This document shows positions 52,947-62,625 of a stretch of 64,000 bases of DNA, piece by piece. How positions within the stretch are numbered: the first letter of the stretch is position 1; every line of letters starts with the position of its first letter. A program made the position numbers and the translations under genes. The notes under the pieces were generated by a model, which was not told the origin of the DNA, ran no database searches, and worked only from the letters and a program-made list of their open reading frames with translations. The stretch comes from Bacteroidales bacterium (lineage in GTDB: Bacteria; Bacteroidota; Bacteroidia; Bacteroidales; JAAUTT01): assembly GCA_025361285.1 (NCBI GenBank), contig JANYAP010000022.1, forward strand, positions 255 to 64,254, in the 5' to 3' direction.

Positions 52947-53295
52947 TTTTGTTTCGCAAGCACAATCGAAAGCCGATGTGATGAAATTTAGGGGAGTATT
53001 TGAGGTGCACAATCACCCAGATAGTTATGAGTATGCAAAAAATGCAAAAAACGAAGTTCAAGTAGTATTTTCGGGGCTTTTTCTGTTTTATAAATACTTT
53101 ATTTCATCGCAGGATCGCGCATCGTGTGTGTTTCACCCTTCGTGCTCGGTATATGCTTTACAAAAAATACAAAAAAACGGTGTTGCCGAAGGTGCACTAG
53201 CAACATTCGATAGGTTTTGCCGTTGTAATGCTTTTAGTGCTAAAAATTACGAAACTTACCAAGGAACACAGCTATTATATGACCCAGTTGAATAA
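52900..53295 (+). CDS. YidD-family (membrane protein insertion efficiency factor-like) protein with an N-terminal extension
   Basis: The core FYKYFISSQDRASCVFHPSCSVYA...G...G......R..RCN matches the YidD signature. It is preceded by ~55 extra residues that include a signal-like segment (IIFTITLFLSFNFVSQAQ). Confidence 0.65.
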   Translation: MLQRIIFTITLFLSFNFVSQAQSKADVMKFRGVFEVHNHPDSYEYAKNAKNEVQVVFSGLFLFYKYFISSQDRASCVFHPSCSVYALQKIQKNGVAEGALATFDRFCRCNAFSAKNYETYQGTQLLYDPVE

Positions 53296-54106
53296 ATTAA
53301 TTATGGTTTTGGCAGGCTTTTTATTGTCGAGCCAGTTGTTTTCGCAAAACATTTTCGATGAGGCGAATACATTTAAGTTTTCCGATTATCTGTATAAAAC
53401 GCAGCAGTATTCACTGGCGTCGCAGGAATATGAGCGTTTGGTTATGATGGTTCCGCGGAACGTTGATTACAAACTGTCTCTAATACAATGTTATAGGTTA
53501 AGTAGCAACTTTGCCTTTGCCGAAAAACGTTTTGTCGATTTTTTTGCCGATAGCTTATTTGCATTACCTACTTCAATATCAGGCGAATATCTAAAAATTA
53601 AATTATTGCAGGAAGATTTTCCTGTAGCTCAAAACTTTATTAATAAGTCGACAAACATAGAGTTGTCTACAAAACTGCATTATCAGGAATGTATTTATCT
53701 GTTAAGTCGCAACTGGAAAAAATCCGATTCGCTGCTTCGCCAAAACCCCGATCTCGATCCCCGCTTTAGCGCAATAACCGCCGACGCTATGGCAGCGCAT
53801 TACAAAAGTCCGTTTTTGGCCGCAGCATTTTCGTCGATAATTCCTGGTTCGGGAAAGGTTTATACGGGCTATTGGAAAGACGGGATAATAGCTTTAGTAT
53901 TTGTGGCGGTCAACTCGTGGCAAGCTTACCGAGGCTTTTCGACTTACGGCATCGAAAATACTCATGGCTGGATATTTGGCGGCATAGCAACAGGCTTTTA
54001 TCTGGGCAATATTTATGGTTCGTTTAAATCGGCAAAACGCCGTAATAAAAAGGTAAACGACGAACTTTACAAACGCTCGAAGGCCATTATTTACCCGAGT
54101 TTTTAG
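53279..54106 (+). CDS. hypothetical membrane protein (helical-repeat N-domain, two C-terminal TM helices)
   Basis: 275 aa from MTQLNKLIMVLAGFLLSSQLFSQ, with a C-terminal IIPGSGKVYTGYWKDGIIALVFV motif. It overlaps the yidD-like stop. Confidence 0.55.
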   Translation: MTQLNKLIMVLAGFLLSSQLFSQNIFDEANTFKFSDYLYKTQQYSLASQEYERLVMMVPRNVDYKLSLIQCYRLSSNFAFAEKRFVDFFADSLFALPTSISGEYLKIKLLQEDFPVAQNFINKSTNIELSTKLHYQECIYLLSRNWKKSDSLLRQNPDLDPRFSAITADAMAAHYKSPFLAAAFSSIIPGSGKVYTGYWKDGIIALVFVAVNSWQAYRGFSTYGIENTHGWIFGGIATGFYLGNIYGSFKSAKRRNKKVNDELYKRSKAIIYPSF

Positions 54107-54121
54107 TGGTAGGGAATTCGT

Positions 54122-54343
54122 TTACCTTTTACTCGCATTTAGTATAGTTAATCCTATAATTTCATTGTTGTTATATCGAATTATAATTTCGTCGTCGGAC
54201 ATTTCTGAATGATCGGAGTGGTTTGGCTTTTTGAAATGCATATACAGTGTATCAGCTTCTTGGTCATAATTTGTCCACACATTTTTGTGCTTCATAAAAT
54301 AAGGCAATATGTATTTTATCTCATCAGACACTAACGTTTCCAT
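54122..54343 (-). CDS. DUF2283-family small protein (antitoxin-like)
   Basis: 73 aa with YDQEADTLYMHF......SEM.DDEIIIRYNNNEIIGLTILNAS, matching the DUF2283 pattern. Confidence 0.65.
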   Translation of the reverse strand: METLVSDEIKYILPYFMKHKNVWTNYDQEADTLYMHFKKPNHSDHSEMSDDEIIIRYNNNEIIGLTILNASKR

Positions 54344-54546
54344 AATACATTTTTTTTGTTAAACGATTGTTCTTTATTTGAAACATAAGCGGTAATTATA
54401 AACCCATCGTTAATGCTAACTTCTTTATAAACAACAACTATAAATTTATTTGAATATTCAATCATAATAGCTACGACCATTTTAAACATGAAATATAACA
54501 AATGTAGCAATAAATGAACTATTATTGTTATGATTATGCAGACCAA
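54331..54546 (-). pseudogene. possible truncated DUF4258-like toxin remnant
   Basis: Only the last ~45 aa (FIVVVYKEVSINDGFIITAYVSNKE....VLW) look protein-like and DUF4258-like. The N-terminal half of the ORF is low-complexity nonsense. Confidence 0.25.
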
Positions 54547-54576
54547 TCAAAAGCGTAGGCTATAAGTTTTTTTTTG

Positions 54577-54584
54577 TAAATTTG
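54577..54584 (+). promoter_or_regulatory. -7 box TAAATTTG (followed by CA) for gmhA
   Basis: Matches TAnnTTTG 16 nt upstream of the ATG. Confidence 0.45.
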
Positions 54585-54600
54585 CATAAAATACGCCTGC

Positions 54601-55176
54601 ATGATAAATGAAATAAAGAAAAATTTTACCGAGGCTCAGCATGTATTGAATTACTTTATTGCTGATGAAAAAAGCTGGATAGAATTCGAAAAGGCTGGTA
54701 ATATTATGGTTAACGCAATTAAGCATAATAATATTATTTTTTCGTGTGGTAACGGTGGCTCCATGTGCGATGCAATGCATTTTGCCGAGGAACTGTCGGG
54801 AAGGTTCCGGCTCGAGCGGCCGTCGTTGCCCGGTATTGCAATAAGCGATGTTTCGCATATAACTTGTGCTGGTAACGATTATGGCTTCGAATACATATTT
54901 TCGCGATATTTGGAAGGGATTGCAAAACCAGGCGATGTGTTACTGGCAATTAGTACCAGTGGAAACTCGAAAAATGTGGTTAATGCTGCTTTAACGGCTA
55001 AAGCCAAAGGCATGAAGGTTGTAGCGCTTACTGGCAAAACTGGCGGCGAGCTAGCCACCATTGCCGATGCCGAAATACGTATCCCAAACACCCAGTTTGC
55101 CGATAGAGTGCAGGAATTACATATTAAAATTATTCATTCGCTTATTCATTATATCGAGTTAAGTCTTCAGGCATAG
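54601..55176 (+). CDS. gmhA: D-sedoheptulose-7-phosphate isomerase (SIS domain)
   Basis: 191 aa with CGNGGSMCDAMHFAEEL, ISTSGNS and QE.H motifs. Confidence 0.88.
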   Translation: MINEIKKNFTEAQHVLNYFIADEKSWIEFEKAGNIMVNAIKHNNIIFSCGNGGSMCDAMHFAEELSGRFRLERPSLPGIAISDVSHITCAGNDYGFEYIFSRYLEGIAKPGDVLLAISTSGNSKNVVNAALTAKAKGMKVVALTGKTGGELATIADAEIRIPNTQFADRVQELHIKIIHSLIHYIELSLQA

Positions 55177-55212
55177 CATTTATTAATTCAACATTTAAGT
55201 AAATTTCTTGTT

Positions 55213-55220
55213 TATATTTG
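55213..55220 (+). promoter_or_regulatory. -7 box TATATTTG
   Basis: Matches TAnnTTTG 16 nt upstream of the ATG at 55237. Confidence 0.4.
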
Positions 55221-55236
55221 TGTAAAAACTTATGCT

Positions 55237-55866
55237 ATGTTAATTAATAATAAACCAGTAAGATACATACCTGTTTTTTTTCTATCGGTATTAATACTAA
55301 GTTCGTGCATAACAAACGAATTGGAGCATGCACAGGAAAACATGTTGATTACTCAGAGTTTTTCGATACCATTAGGCCAAAAGCCTATATTTTTCCCAAC
55401 TCCCAAAGCAAATGAAGCCAGTACAACATCAGGACCAAACGGCTCATTTTTTTATGACGATGTTCAATACCCAAATCCGGCTGCTTCGTTTTCAAAACTT
55501 TTTCAGGTTGATGTAAACTTAAATGATCAAATAGACAAGTATGCTGCAACCATTAAATATATTAGCTTTCATGTTACTATCGCGAACAGTTTTCCTTCCC
55601 AAATAAATACAAAAATTATATTGTTCAATAACAATAACTTTCAATTTTACTCAAATAATTTAAATGTAGGTGCGCTAAAAACTGAAGTATTCGATATTCC
55701 GATACAAGCAAAAGATTTAAAGCTTATTGAAACTGCGTTGCATTTAGAATTTACACCTACAATTTACACCCCTGATGGAATAAGGCTTACAGTTGACAGT
55801 AAGGTTACAATAAGTGTGGGTGCGAGATTACAGGTAGAATACACAAAAGATGATTTATTGAACTAA
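55237..55866 (+). CDS. hypothetical lipoprotein
   Basis: 209 aa with a signal peptide and lipobox (LILSSC). Its stop overlaps the next ATG by 1 nt. Confidence 0.6.
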   Translation: MLINNKPVRYIPVFFLSVLILSSCITNELEHAQENMLITQSFSIPLGQKPIFFPTPKANEASTTSGPNGSFFYDDVQYPNPAASFSKLFQVDVNLNDQIDKYAATIKYISFHVTIANSFPSQINTKIILFNNNNFQFYSNNLNVGALKTEVFDIPIQAKDLKLIETALHLEFTPTIYTPDGIRLTVDSKVTISVGARLQVEYTKDDLLN

Positions 55867-57278
55867 TGCACAGAATATTATTCTCAATCGTATTTAGCCT
55901 TTTACTTAAAAACCTGTGTTTTAGCCAACAGAATAGCACTCTATTTTTTATGCAGGCTACGCCGCAGGCTAATTTTGTAAATCCGGCAGTTCGCAACGAA
56001 TGTAAATGGTTGATTGGCTTGCCAGTTATATCGTCGTTACACGTTAATTACGGCAATTCGGCTTTTTCGGCAAATCAAATTATGGACGCCTCAAATTTCG
56101 ATGGGGTTGTTAGTAAAGCTAAGAAAACCAACTTTATAACCTCCGAATTACAAGCTAATCTATTGTTTTTAGGCTTTTGGATTAAAGAAAGCTATTTAAC
56201 TTTTTCGATAAATGAGAAAGCCGATCTTTTTGCTACGTATTCGGGCGATGCTCTGGCTTTGGCATGGAATGGAAATACACAGTTCGAAGGCAAAACAGCA
56301 AAACTTGGTAATACGGGTGCTTTCTTAAATTATCGTCGCGAGTTTGCTTTTGGCATTGCGCGTAAGGCTAGCGATGATCTCGACTGGGGTATCCGTGCAA
56401 AGCTTCTGTTTGGTAAGCTAAGTACTTCGATGGCTAAATCGAATATGGATTTGCACACCGACGCTTCAACGTTCGATATATCAATAACATCTAACTGGCA
56501 GGTAAATACATCGTTACCTTTGGTAATTGCACGAAACAAAAGTGGAAATTATGATTCGTACCTTACAAATGGAACGGTTGGCGGTATTCTGTTTAACCGC
56601 AAAAACATTGGGTTTGCCTTCGATTTTGGCTTCGTAAATTACCGCGACGACAAAATTACTATTGCTGGCAGCATTCTCGATTTAGGCTTTGTTTACTGGG
56701 CTAGTAACCTTAATTCGTTTAGTGGAATTGGCAATTATGCATATACTGGAAATATATTAAGTACTAACAATATAAGTAATTTTATTGACGATTTTCTTGG
56801 AAATATTAAGGACGATTTAGGAATAAAAGTCGATAATAAATCGTACGTGTCGTTTTTAAACCCAATGGCTTATTTGGGAGCAACTTACGCTATTAAAACC
56901 GATTTAAATGCTGGTTTATTACTGTCGAGCCGAATAAATCGATACCGCATAACTACGGGGGTTACATTGTCGTTAAATAAAACTTTTAACAAAAAATCGT
57001 CAGTAAGTATTAGTTATTCATATATTTACAATAGTTTTAAAAATCTTGGTGCTGGAGTAAAACTTGGAAAGCAGCCTGTGCAATTTTATGCTGTAAGCGA
57101 CAATATACTTGGGTTTATAAAACCTTTCGATACCCGAAATATTAACCTTAGGTTGGGCTTGCAAATTAACTTTGGTTGTAACCGAAAACAACTGGAAAAG
57201 GGCAGAGGATGTACATGGATAAACCAAGCCGAGGACAGGAGGATACGAAATAACCGATTGCTAAAGAAAAAAAATTGA
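55866..57278 (+). CDS. hypothetical outer-membrane beta-barrel protein (PorP/SprF-like N-terminal motif)
   Basis: 470 aa with a signal peptide, then QQNSTLFFMQATPQANFVNPA, which is reminiscent of the PorP/SprF N-terminus. It has an alternating beta-strand pattern and a basic tail after the barrel. Confidence 0.55.
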   Translation: MHRILFSIVFSLLLKNLCFSQQNSTLFFMQATPQANFVNPAVRNECKWLIGLPVISSLHVNYGNSAFSANQIMDASNFDGVVSKAKKTNFITSELQANLLFLGFWIKESYLTFSINEKADLFATYSGDALALAWNGNTQFEGKTAKLGNTGAFLNYRREFAFGIARKASDDLDWGIRAKLLFGKLSTSMAKSNMDLHTDASTFDISITSNWQVNTSLPLVIARNKSGNYDSYLTNGTVGGILFNRKNIGFAFDFGFVNYRDDKITIAGSILDLGFVYWASNLNSFSGIGNYAYTGNILSTNNISNFIDDFLGNIKDDLGIKVDNKSYVSFLNPMAYLGATYAIKTDLNAGLLLSSRINRYRITTGVTLSLNKTFNKKSSVSISYSYIYNSFKNLGAGVKLGKQPVQFYAVSDNILGFIKPFDTRNINLRLGLQINFGCNRKQLEKGRGCTWINQAEDRRIRNNRLLKKKN

Positions 57279-57455
57279 AAACTTCTGCTCGATTCAAATA
57301 TTTATTTATAAGTACTTGATATTATTACTATTACAATGATATGTTTTACAACTTACTTATAATTAATACATAGAAATACATAGAAATACCTTGAAATTGA
57401 AAAGAATTATCGGTTTACTGAACTATTGCTAAACAAACCTTACCTCAATAAAACT

Positions 57456-58994
57456 ATGCTTGTAAAAACCTATGGAAGTGCCGTTTATGGAATTAAAGCT
57501 ACAACTATAACTATCGAGGTTAATGTTTCGCAAGGTATTAATTTTATGATGGTTGGCCTGCCCGATGCAGCTGTAAAGGAAAGTCAGCAGCGTATTGAAT
57601 CGGCATTACAGATGCATGGTTATCGTATTCCTGGCAAGAAGGTAGTTATAAATATGGCGCCGGCCGATATACGCAAGGAAGGTTCGGCATACGATTTGCC
57701 ACTCGCCATAGGAATTTTGGCTGCTTCGGAGCAAATACAAGCCAGTAAACTCGAGGAATATACCATTATGGGTGAGTTATCGCTCGATGGTAGTCTTCAG
57801 CCAATTAGGGGCGTTCTGCCTATAACAATACAAGCCCGCGACGAAGGTTTTAAAGGAATTATACTTCCTGCACAAAATGCCCGCGAAGCTGGTGTAGTGA
57901 ACAATATTAAGGTTTTAAGCGCTACGAATATTCGCGAAGTAATCGATTTTTTTAACGGTGTGGCCGAGTTAGAGGAATCGATTGTTGATATCGACAAGGA
58001 ATTTCTTCATCAAACCAGCAACAGCGAGGCCGATTTCTCGGATGTGAAAGGGCAGGAAAACGTAAAAAGGGCATTGGAAATTTCGGCTGCTGGAGGTCAT
58101 AATATTATTATGATTGGCCCTCCTGGCGCAGGTAAAACAATGTTAGCCAAACGATTATCGGCTATACTTCCCCCTCTTACACTCGACGAGGCTTTGGAAA
58201 CAACTAAAATTCATTCCGTTGCCGGAAAAATTGACAAAAACTCGTCGCTTATTACAGCCCGTCCATTTCGAGCTCCGCATCATACTATTTCCGACGTTGC
58301 GCTCGTAGGTGGCGGTACTTTTCCGCAGCCTGGCGAAATATCGCTTTCGCATAACGGCGTTTTGTTTCTCGATGAGCTTCCCGAATTTAAACGAACAGTT
58401 CTCGAAGTTATGCGGCAACCGCTTGAGGACAGGTATATAACCATATCGCGTGCTAAATTTACAGTTGAATATCCAGCAAGTTTTATGCTTGTGGCGTCTA
58501 TGAATCCTTGTCCGTGCGGGTTTTACAATCATCCCGAAAAGGATTGTGTTTGTTCGCCTGGGATTGTTCAAAAATACCTAAACAAAATATCGGGACCATT
58601 GCTCGATCGTATTGATATTCACATAGAAGTGGTGCCAGTACCTTTCGAAAAACTATCGGAGAATAAACCTGCCGAAACAAGCGCAGCAATTCGCGACCGT
58701 GTTGTTGCAGCCCGCAAAATTCAGGAAGTACGGTTTGCTTCGTATGCTGGCATTCACAGCAACGCACAAATGACTTCGAAAATGCTTCGTAAGTACTGCA
58801 ATATCGATATTGCTGGGCAAACAATTCTAAAAACAGCTATGGAGCGACTTGGTCTTTCGGCACGAGCCTACGATAGAATTTTAAAGGTGTCGCGAACTAT
58901 TGCCGATTTGGAAGGGTGCGAAAAAATAGAAACTTTTCATCTGGCGGAGGCTATTCAATATCGCAGCTTGGATCGGGACAGTTGGGCTGGGTAG
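57456..58994 (+). CDS. YifB/ComM-family Mg-chelatase-like AAA+ ATPase
   Basis: 512 aa from [13 protein letters not shown], with a Lon-like N-domain, Walker A (GPPGAGKT), Walker B (LFLDE) and a C-terminal ChlI-like region. Confidence 0.9.
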   Translation: MLVKTYGSAVYGIKATTITIEVNVSQGINFMMVGLPDAAVKESQQRIESALQMHGYRIPGKKVVINMAPADIRKEGSAYDLPLAIGILAASEQIQASKLEEYTIMGELSLDGSLQPIRGVLPITIQARDEGFKGIILPAQNAREAGVVNNIKVLSATNIREVIDFFNGVAELEESIVDIDKEFLHQTSNSEADFSDVKGQENVKRALEISAAGGHNIIMIGPPGAGKTMLAKRLSAILPPLTLDEALETTKIHSVAGKIDKNSSLITARPFRAPHHTISDVALVGGGTFPQPGEISLSHNGVLFLDELPEFKRTVLEVMRQPLEDRYITISRAKFTVEYPASFMLVASMNPCPCGFYNHPEKDCVCSPGIVQKYLNKISGPLLDRIDIHIEVVPVPFEKLSENKPAETSAAIRDRVVAARKIQEVRFASYAGIHSNAQMTSKMLRKYCNIDIAGQTILKTAMERLGLSARAYDRILKVSRTIADLEGCEKIETFHLAEAIQYRSLDRDSWAG

Positions 58995-59149
58995 TGTATA
59001 GCCTAAATAATGCATTTATTAACACTATAACTTACAAAAACTTCGACGTTTGTAAGATTAAGAGGACTAAATACTCGAATATATGAAGCTGAATTTCAGA
59101 TTTGTAAAGTCGATAGTGAAACGCTTCGAAGCCTTTTAGTCATTTACAT

Positions 59150-60535
59150 TCAAGCCATTGTTACCTCTATTTCTTCAACGGTTTTAGGTATTGGCTTACC
59201 CATTAACCTACAGCCTTTTGCGGTAACCAACAGGTCGTCCTCAATACGTATTCCGCCGAATGTTTTGTAAGCTTCCAGCTTATTGTAATTAATAAATTCC
59301 GAAAACTTATTTTGGCTGGTCCATAAATCGATTAATGCAGGAATAAAGTAAATACCTGGTTCATTGGTTAATACGTATCCTTCCATTGGTTTTCGCGCAA
59401 AGCGCAAATACGCCAATCCAAACTGCGAACTCCTTGTAATAGTGTCGCTATAACCTACATAATCCTCGCCAAGTGCTTCCATATCGTGCACATCGAGCCC
59501 CAACTGGTGGCCAATTCCATGTGGGAAAAATAGCGCATGAGCGCCTTCGCGAACCGCATCGTCGATATTTCCTTTCATTAATCCCAAATCCTTTAAACCG
59601 TTAGTAATTACTTTGGCCGCTTCGAGATGCACTTCGAGATATGAAAGTTGTGGCGATAAAATTTCTATAGCCTTCGTATTAGCTTGTAATACAATGTTAT
59701 AAATATCTTTTTGTTGCGAATTGAATTTTCCGCCCACGGGAACAGTACGAGTTATATCGCTGGCGTACAATAGCTCCGATTCGGCTCCAGCGTCGGTAAG
59801 CATTAACTTGCCGTTTTTTAGGATATTTCCGCGGTAATGATTATGAAGTGTTTCGCCATTCATGGTAAGAATTGTGGGAAACGAAACGCCTTTTCCGTGC
59901 GAAAGTGCAATGCCTTCGATAATGCCTGCAATTTTACGTTCCGAAGTGCCTGCTCGGGCAATTTTCATGGCCGTTGTGTGCATTATCCACGCAACATCAA
60001 TCATTTGCTCAATTTCGGCAATTTCGGCAATTTCCTTAACGGAGCGCAGATTTACTATTGCTTTGGTAAGTTCAACAGAAATATTTGCATTAACGTCATT
60101 ACAAGACATTTCGAGCAAAGTACTTAGCATTATCGTGTTCTCGGGTCTATATTGCGAAGTAAAATGTATTTTACGATTTTTTTGGAGTGCTTCCCCGAAA
60201 AAATCTTTTAAATTGTTATGTTTTAACGCGTTAGGTATTCCAACCGATGCAGCTTTCTCAAGCATTGAAGGCTGTGCACCCATCCATATTATATCATCTA
60301 TTTCGATATTCTCGCCCACCAGATATTCCAAATTCTCGTCTATATCTATAATACCCATAAGGTTAGGCTCGTCGATGCCAAAAAAATACGAAAATGTGCT
60401 GTCCTGCCGAAAGCGGTAAGCGTTTGATTTGTAATTACATGCCGCTTCGCCATTACCAGGAATAATTATCAATCCGTTTGTAATTTGGCTGCGGAGTTTA
60501 TTTCGTCGAGTAATATATGTTTGGGTCGAAAACAT
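59150..60535 (-). CDS. M24B Xaa-Pro aminopeptidase
   Basis: 461 aa with an AMP_N-type N-domain and pita-bread metal ligands (DAG...D, HGIGHQLGLDVHD, EPGIY, IRIED). Confidence 0.88.
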   Translation of the reverse strand: MFSTQTYITRRNKLRSQITNGLIIIPGNGEAACNYKSNAYRFRQDSTFSYFFGIDEPNLMGIIDIDENLEYLVGENIEIDDIIWMGAQPSMLEKAASVGIPNALKHNNLKDFFGEALQKNRKIHFTSQYRPENTIMLSTLLEMSCNDVNANISVELTKAIVNLRSVKEIAEIAEIEQMIDVAWIMHTTAMKIARAGTSERKIAGIIEGIALSHGKGVSFPTILTMNGETLHNHYRGNILKNGKLMLTDAGAESELLYASDITRTVPVGGKFNSQQKDIYNIVLQANTKAIEILSPQLSYLEVHLEAAKVITNGLKDLGLMKGNIDDAVREGAHALFFPHGIGHQLGLDVHDMEALGEDYVGYSDTITRSSQFGLAYLRFARKPMEGYVLTNEPGIYFIPALIDLWTSQNKFSEFINYNKLEAYKTFGGIRIEDDLLVTAKGCRLMGKPIPKTVEEIEVTMA

Positions 60536-60719
60536 TTGTTTTTTTATAAAGGTAGAAATAATTTTTCAAAATGCTTTAATGTATTTATTTATAAAGCCTT
60601 AGTTGTATTACTTTGATTATGACACAACTAAATTTTCTCTAACATACAACTATTTCGATATCAAACCGTAATAGAAGTAAAAAAAATACGAATACCCTTG
60701 CTTTCTTTTAAATAATTCT

Positions 60720-60727
60720 TATATTCG
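60720..60727 (+). promoter_or_regulatory. -7 box variant TATATTCG (followed by CACC)
   Basis: Same TAnnTTCGCACC form as before aspS, about 45 nt upstream of the ATG at 60772. Confidence 0.3.
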
Positions 60728-60771
60728 CACCAATAAATTAATTATTAACATTATTTTTAATTTTATTAACA

Positions 60772-61506
60772 ATGCCATATCGCCGCTTACCAAACACCGA
60801 CATTGCTCGTTTACGAGCATTAAAGATTGCTTATGTAAAGGGGAAGGAGCTTCCACCGTTTAAATTGGCTTATAGTCAGGCTACTTTCACGAAGGTGCAA
60901 GCTTTTTTGCCGCAATTTGAGCATGCTCTTATGGTTCATAAAAGTGCTTTTAATACGCAGGTAAATAAAAGTAAGGAATACCTTATGGCATTAAAAAAGG
61001 CTAAGCTGTATATTTCGCATTTTATACAGGTAATAAATATGGCTATTGTTCGTGGCGATATGGCAAGTAGCGTGCTTACTTTCTATGGATTAGCCGATTA
61101 CGAAAATAGGGTACCTCTTTTAAATACCGAAGCCGATGTTATTAAGTGGGGCGATGCCATTATTGCAGGGGAGTTGGATAGGACTAAACGAGGAATGACT
61201 GCCGTTACAAACCCATCGATAGCATTGGTAAAGGTTAGATATGAGTTGTTTAAGGATTCGTATAACTTTCAGAAAACACTTCAAAAAAATAACGCTCGAA
61301 CTCATTTAGATCTTACAAAACTGCGCGATAACGCCGATGAACTAGTTGCGAAAATTTGGGATGAAGTTGAAGGAACGTACCGCGAATTGCCCGACGATTT
61401 GCGAAGGGAACGTGCTAAAGAATACGGACTTATATACGTATTTCGCAAAAATGAACTCCGTGGCGTATCGGTATTACAACCAGCACTCGAAGAAAGTGTA
61501 GCGTAG
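60772..61506 (+). CDS. hypothetical protein
   Basis: 244-aa helical, charged ORF (MPYRRLPNTDIARLRALK...) with no signal peptide and no motif I can name. Confidence 0.55.
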   Translation: MPYRRLPNTDIARLRALKIAYVKGKELPPFKLAYSQATFTKVQAFLPQFEHALMVHKSAFNTQVNKSKEYLMALKKAKLYISHFIQVINMAIVRGDMASSVLTFYGLADYENRVPLLNTEADVIKWGDAIIAGELDRTKRGMTAVTNPSIALVKVRYELFKDSYNFQKTLQKNNARTHLDLTKLRDNADELVAKIWDEVEGTYRELPDDLRRERAKEYGLIYVFRKNELRGVSVLQPALEESVA

Positions 61507-61583
61507 TTTCTTAAGTAATATGCATTAAATAAGCTGGTTTAAAATTTTATCACGCCTTGAAGGTACTTATTTTCTACACATTA

Positions 61584-62522
61584 CTAAACTTCAGATAGAT
61601 TGCTATTTAAAATACCATTTCTAGTTGTGTATAATTTATAAATGCCTAAAGCTGAAGGAATTATACATGTAAGTGTTAGTGGTATTTGGCTACTCGAAAT
61701 GCCTATGTTTATTATTTTTTCGTCGATAACGTTAATTGATACAAGGTAGTAGGCTATAACTGCCAAGGAATTATTTACAAAGTGAGCCAAAATTGGAAGC
61801 CACAAGCTACCACTCCATAAAAATAAATACCCAAACATTGCGCCAAGCAAAAAACGTGGGAAGAAACCATAAAACTGCATGTGAATAGCGCTGAATATCA
61901 ATGCCGAAATTATTATTCCCCAATGGCTGTTTTTTGTCCAGTTCGAAAAAATACGCTGCAATACACCTCTAAATAGAAATTCCTCACCTATAGCAGGAAT
62001 AACTCCAATCATCAGTAAATTAATGCATAAGCCGTTAATGCTGGTTGTTTTAAGAAATGCTTCGGTTAATGTTTCCGCTTCTTTTTCAGTACGTTGAAGG
62101 TATGCTTCGATAGATGACATAAAATCAGGAAATTTTATCATCGAATTAAGTTCGGCAATTAAGTTGGTAACTGGTAGTAACACAACAATTAACATAGCCA
62201 CAATAACCATTTGGGAAATTTGTGGGCGTTTGTTAATATGAAGATAATTTGAACTATTTCCACTAAAAATTTTTGCAAGAAATATTGGAGCTATTATGAA
62301 TAAGCTAGTTGACTGTACAATTTGAATATATTTAAGAATGGGAATGTTCTTTGGGTTCGATAAGTTTGTGATATCGAACAAGTTACCCGAATTTACACCA
62401 AATATTGGTATTGCTAGTAATAATGCAAGTAATGAGAATGTTAGCAATGAAGTTATTGCAACTAATACTGTCATACCAAGTTGCGCAACTGGAAAATCGT
62501 CGTTAAAAGCCTTTCGCTCCAT
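61584..62522 (-). CDS. CPBP-family intramembrane glutamic endopeptidase (CAAX protease-like)
   Basis: Carries motifs EEFLFRG, FSAIHM and HFVNN within a polytopic protein. The ATG at 62522 (MERKAFN) is preferred over the tracked start inside the word repeat. Confidence 0.8.
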   Translation of the reverse strand: MERKAFNDDFPVAQLGMTVLVAITSLLTFSLLALLLAIPIFGVNSGNLFDITNLSNPKNIPILKYIQIVQSTSLFIIAPIFLAKIFSGNSSNYLHINKRPQISQMVIVAMLIVVLLPVTNLIAELNSMIKFPDFMSSIEAYLQRTEKEAETLTEAFLKTTSINGLCINLLMIGVIPAIGEEFLFRGVLQRIFSNWTKNSHWGIIISALIFSAIHMQFYGFFPRFLLGAMFGYLFLWSGSLWLPILAHFVNNSLAVIAYYLVSINVIDEKIINIGISSSQIPLTLTCIIPSALGIYKLYTTRNGILNSNLSEV

Positions 62523-62560
62523 GAGAATAAAATGAGTATTTTTGCCAAAAGTAGCGATTT

Positions 62561-62596
62561 TAGTACTAAGTACCAAGTACTAAGTACTTAGTACTT
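62561..62596. repeat. AGTAC-word array
   Basis: Reads tagtactaagtaccaagtactaagtacttagtacttga, between the divergent CPBP and dusB genes. Confidence 0.75.
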
Positions 62597-62625
62597 GATA
62601 ACCAGCAAACACGTACAATTAAAAA

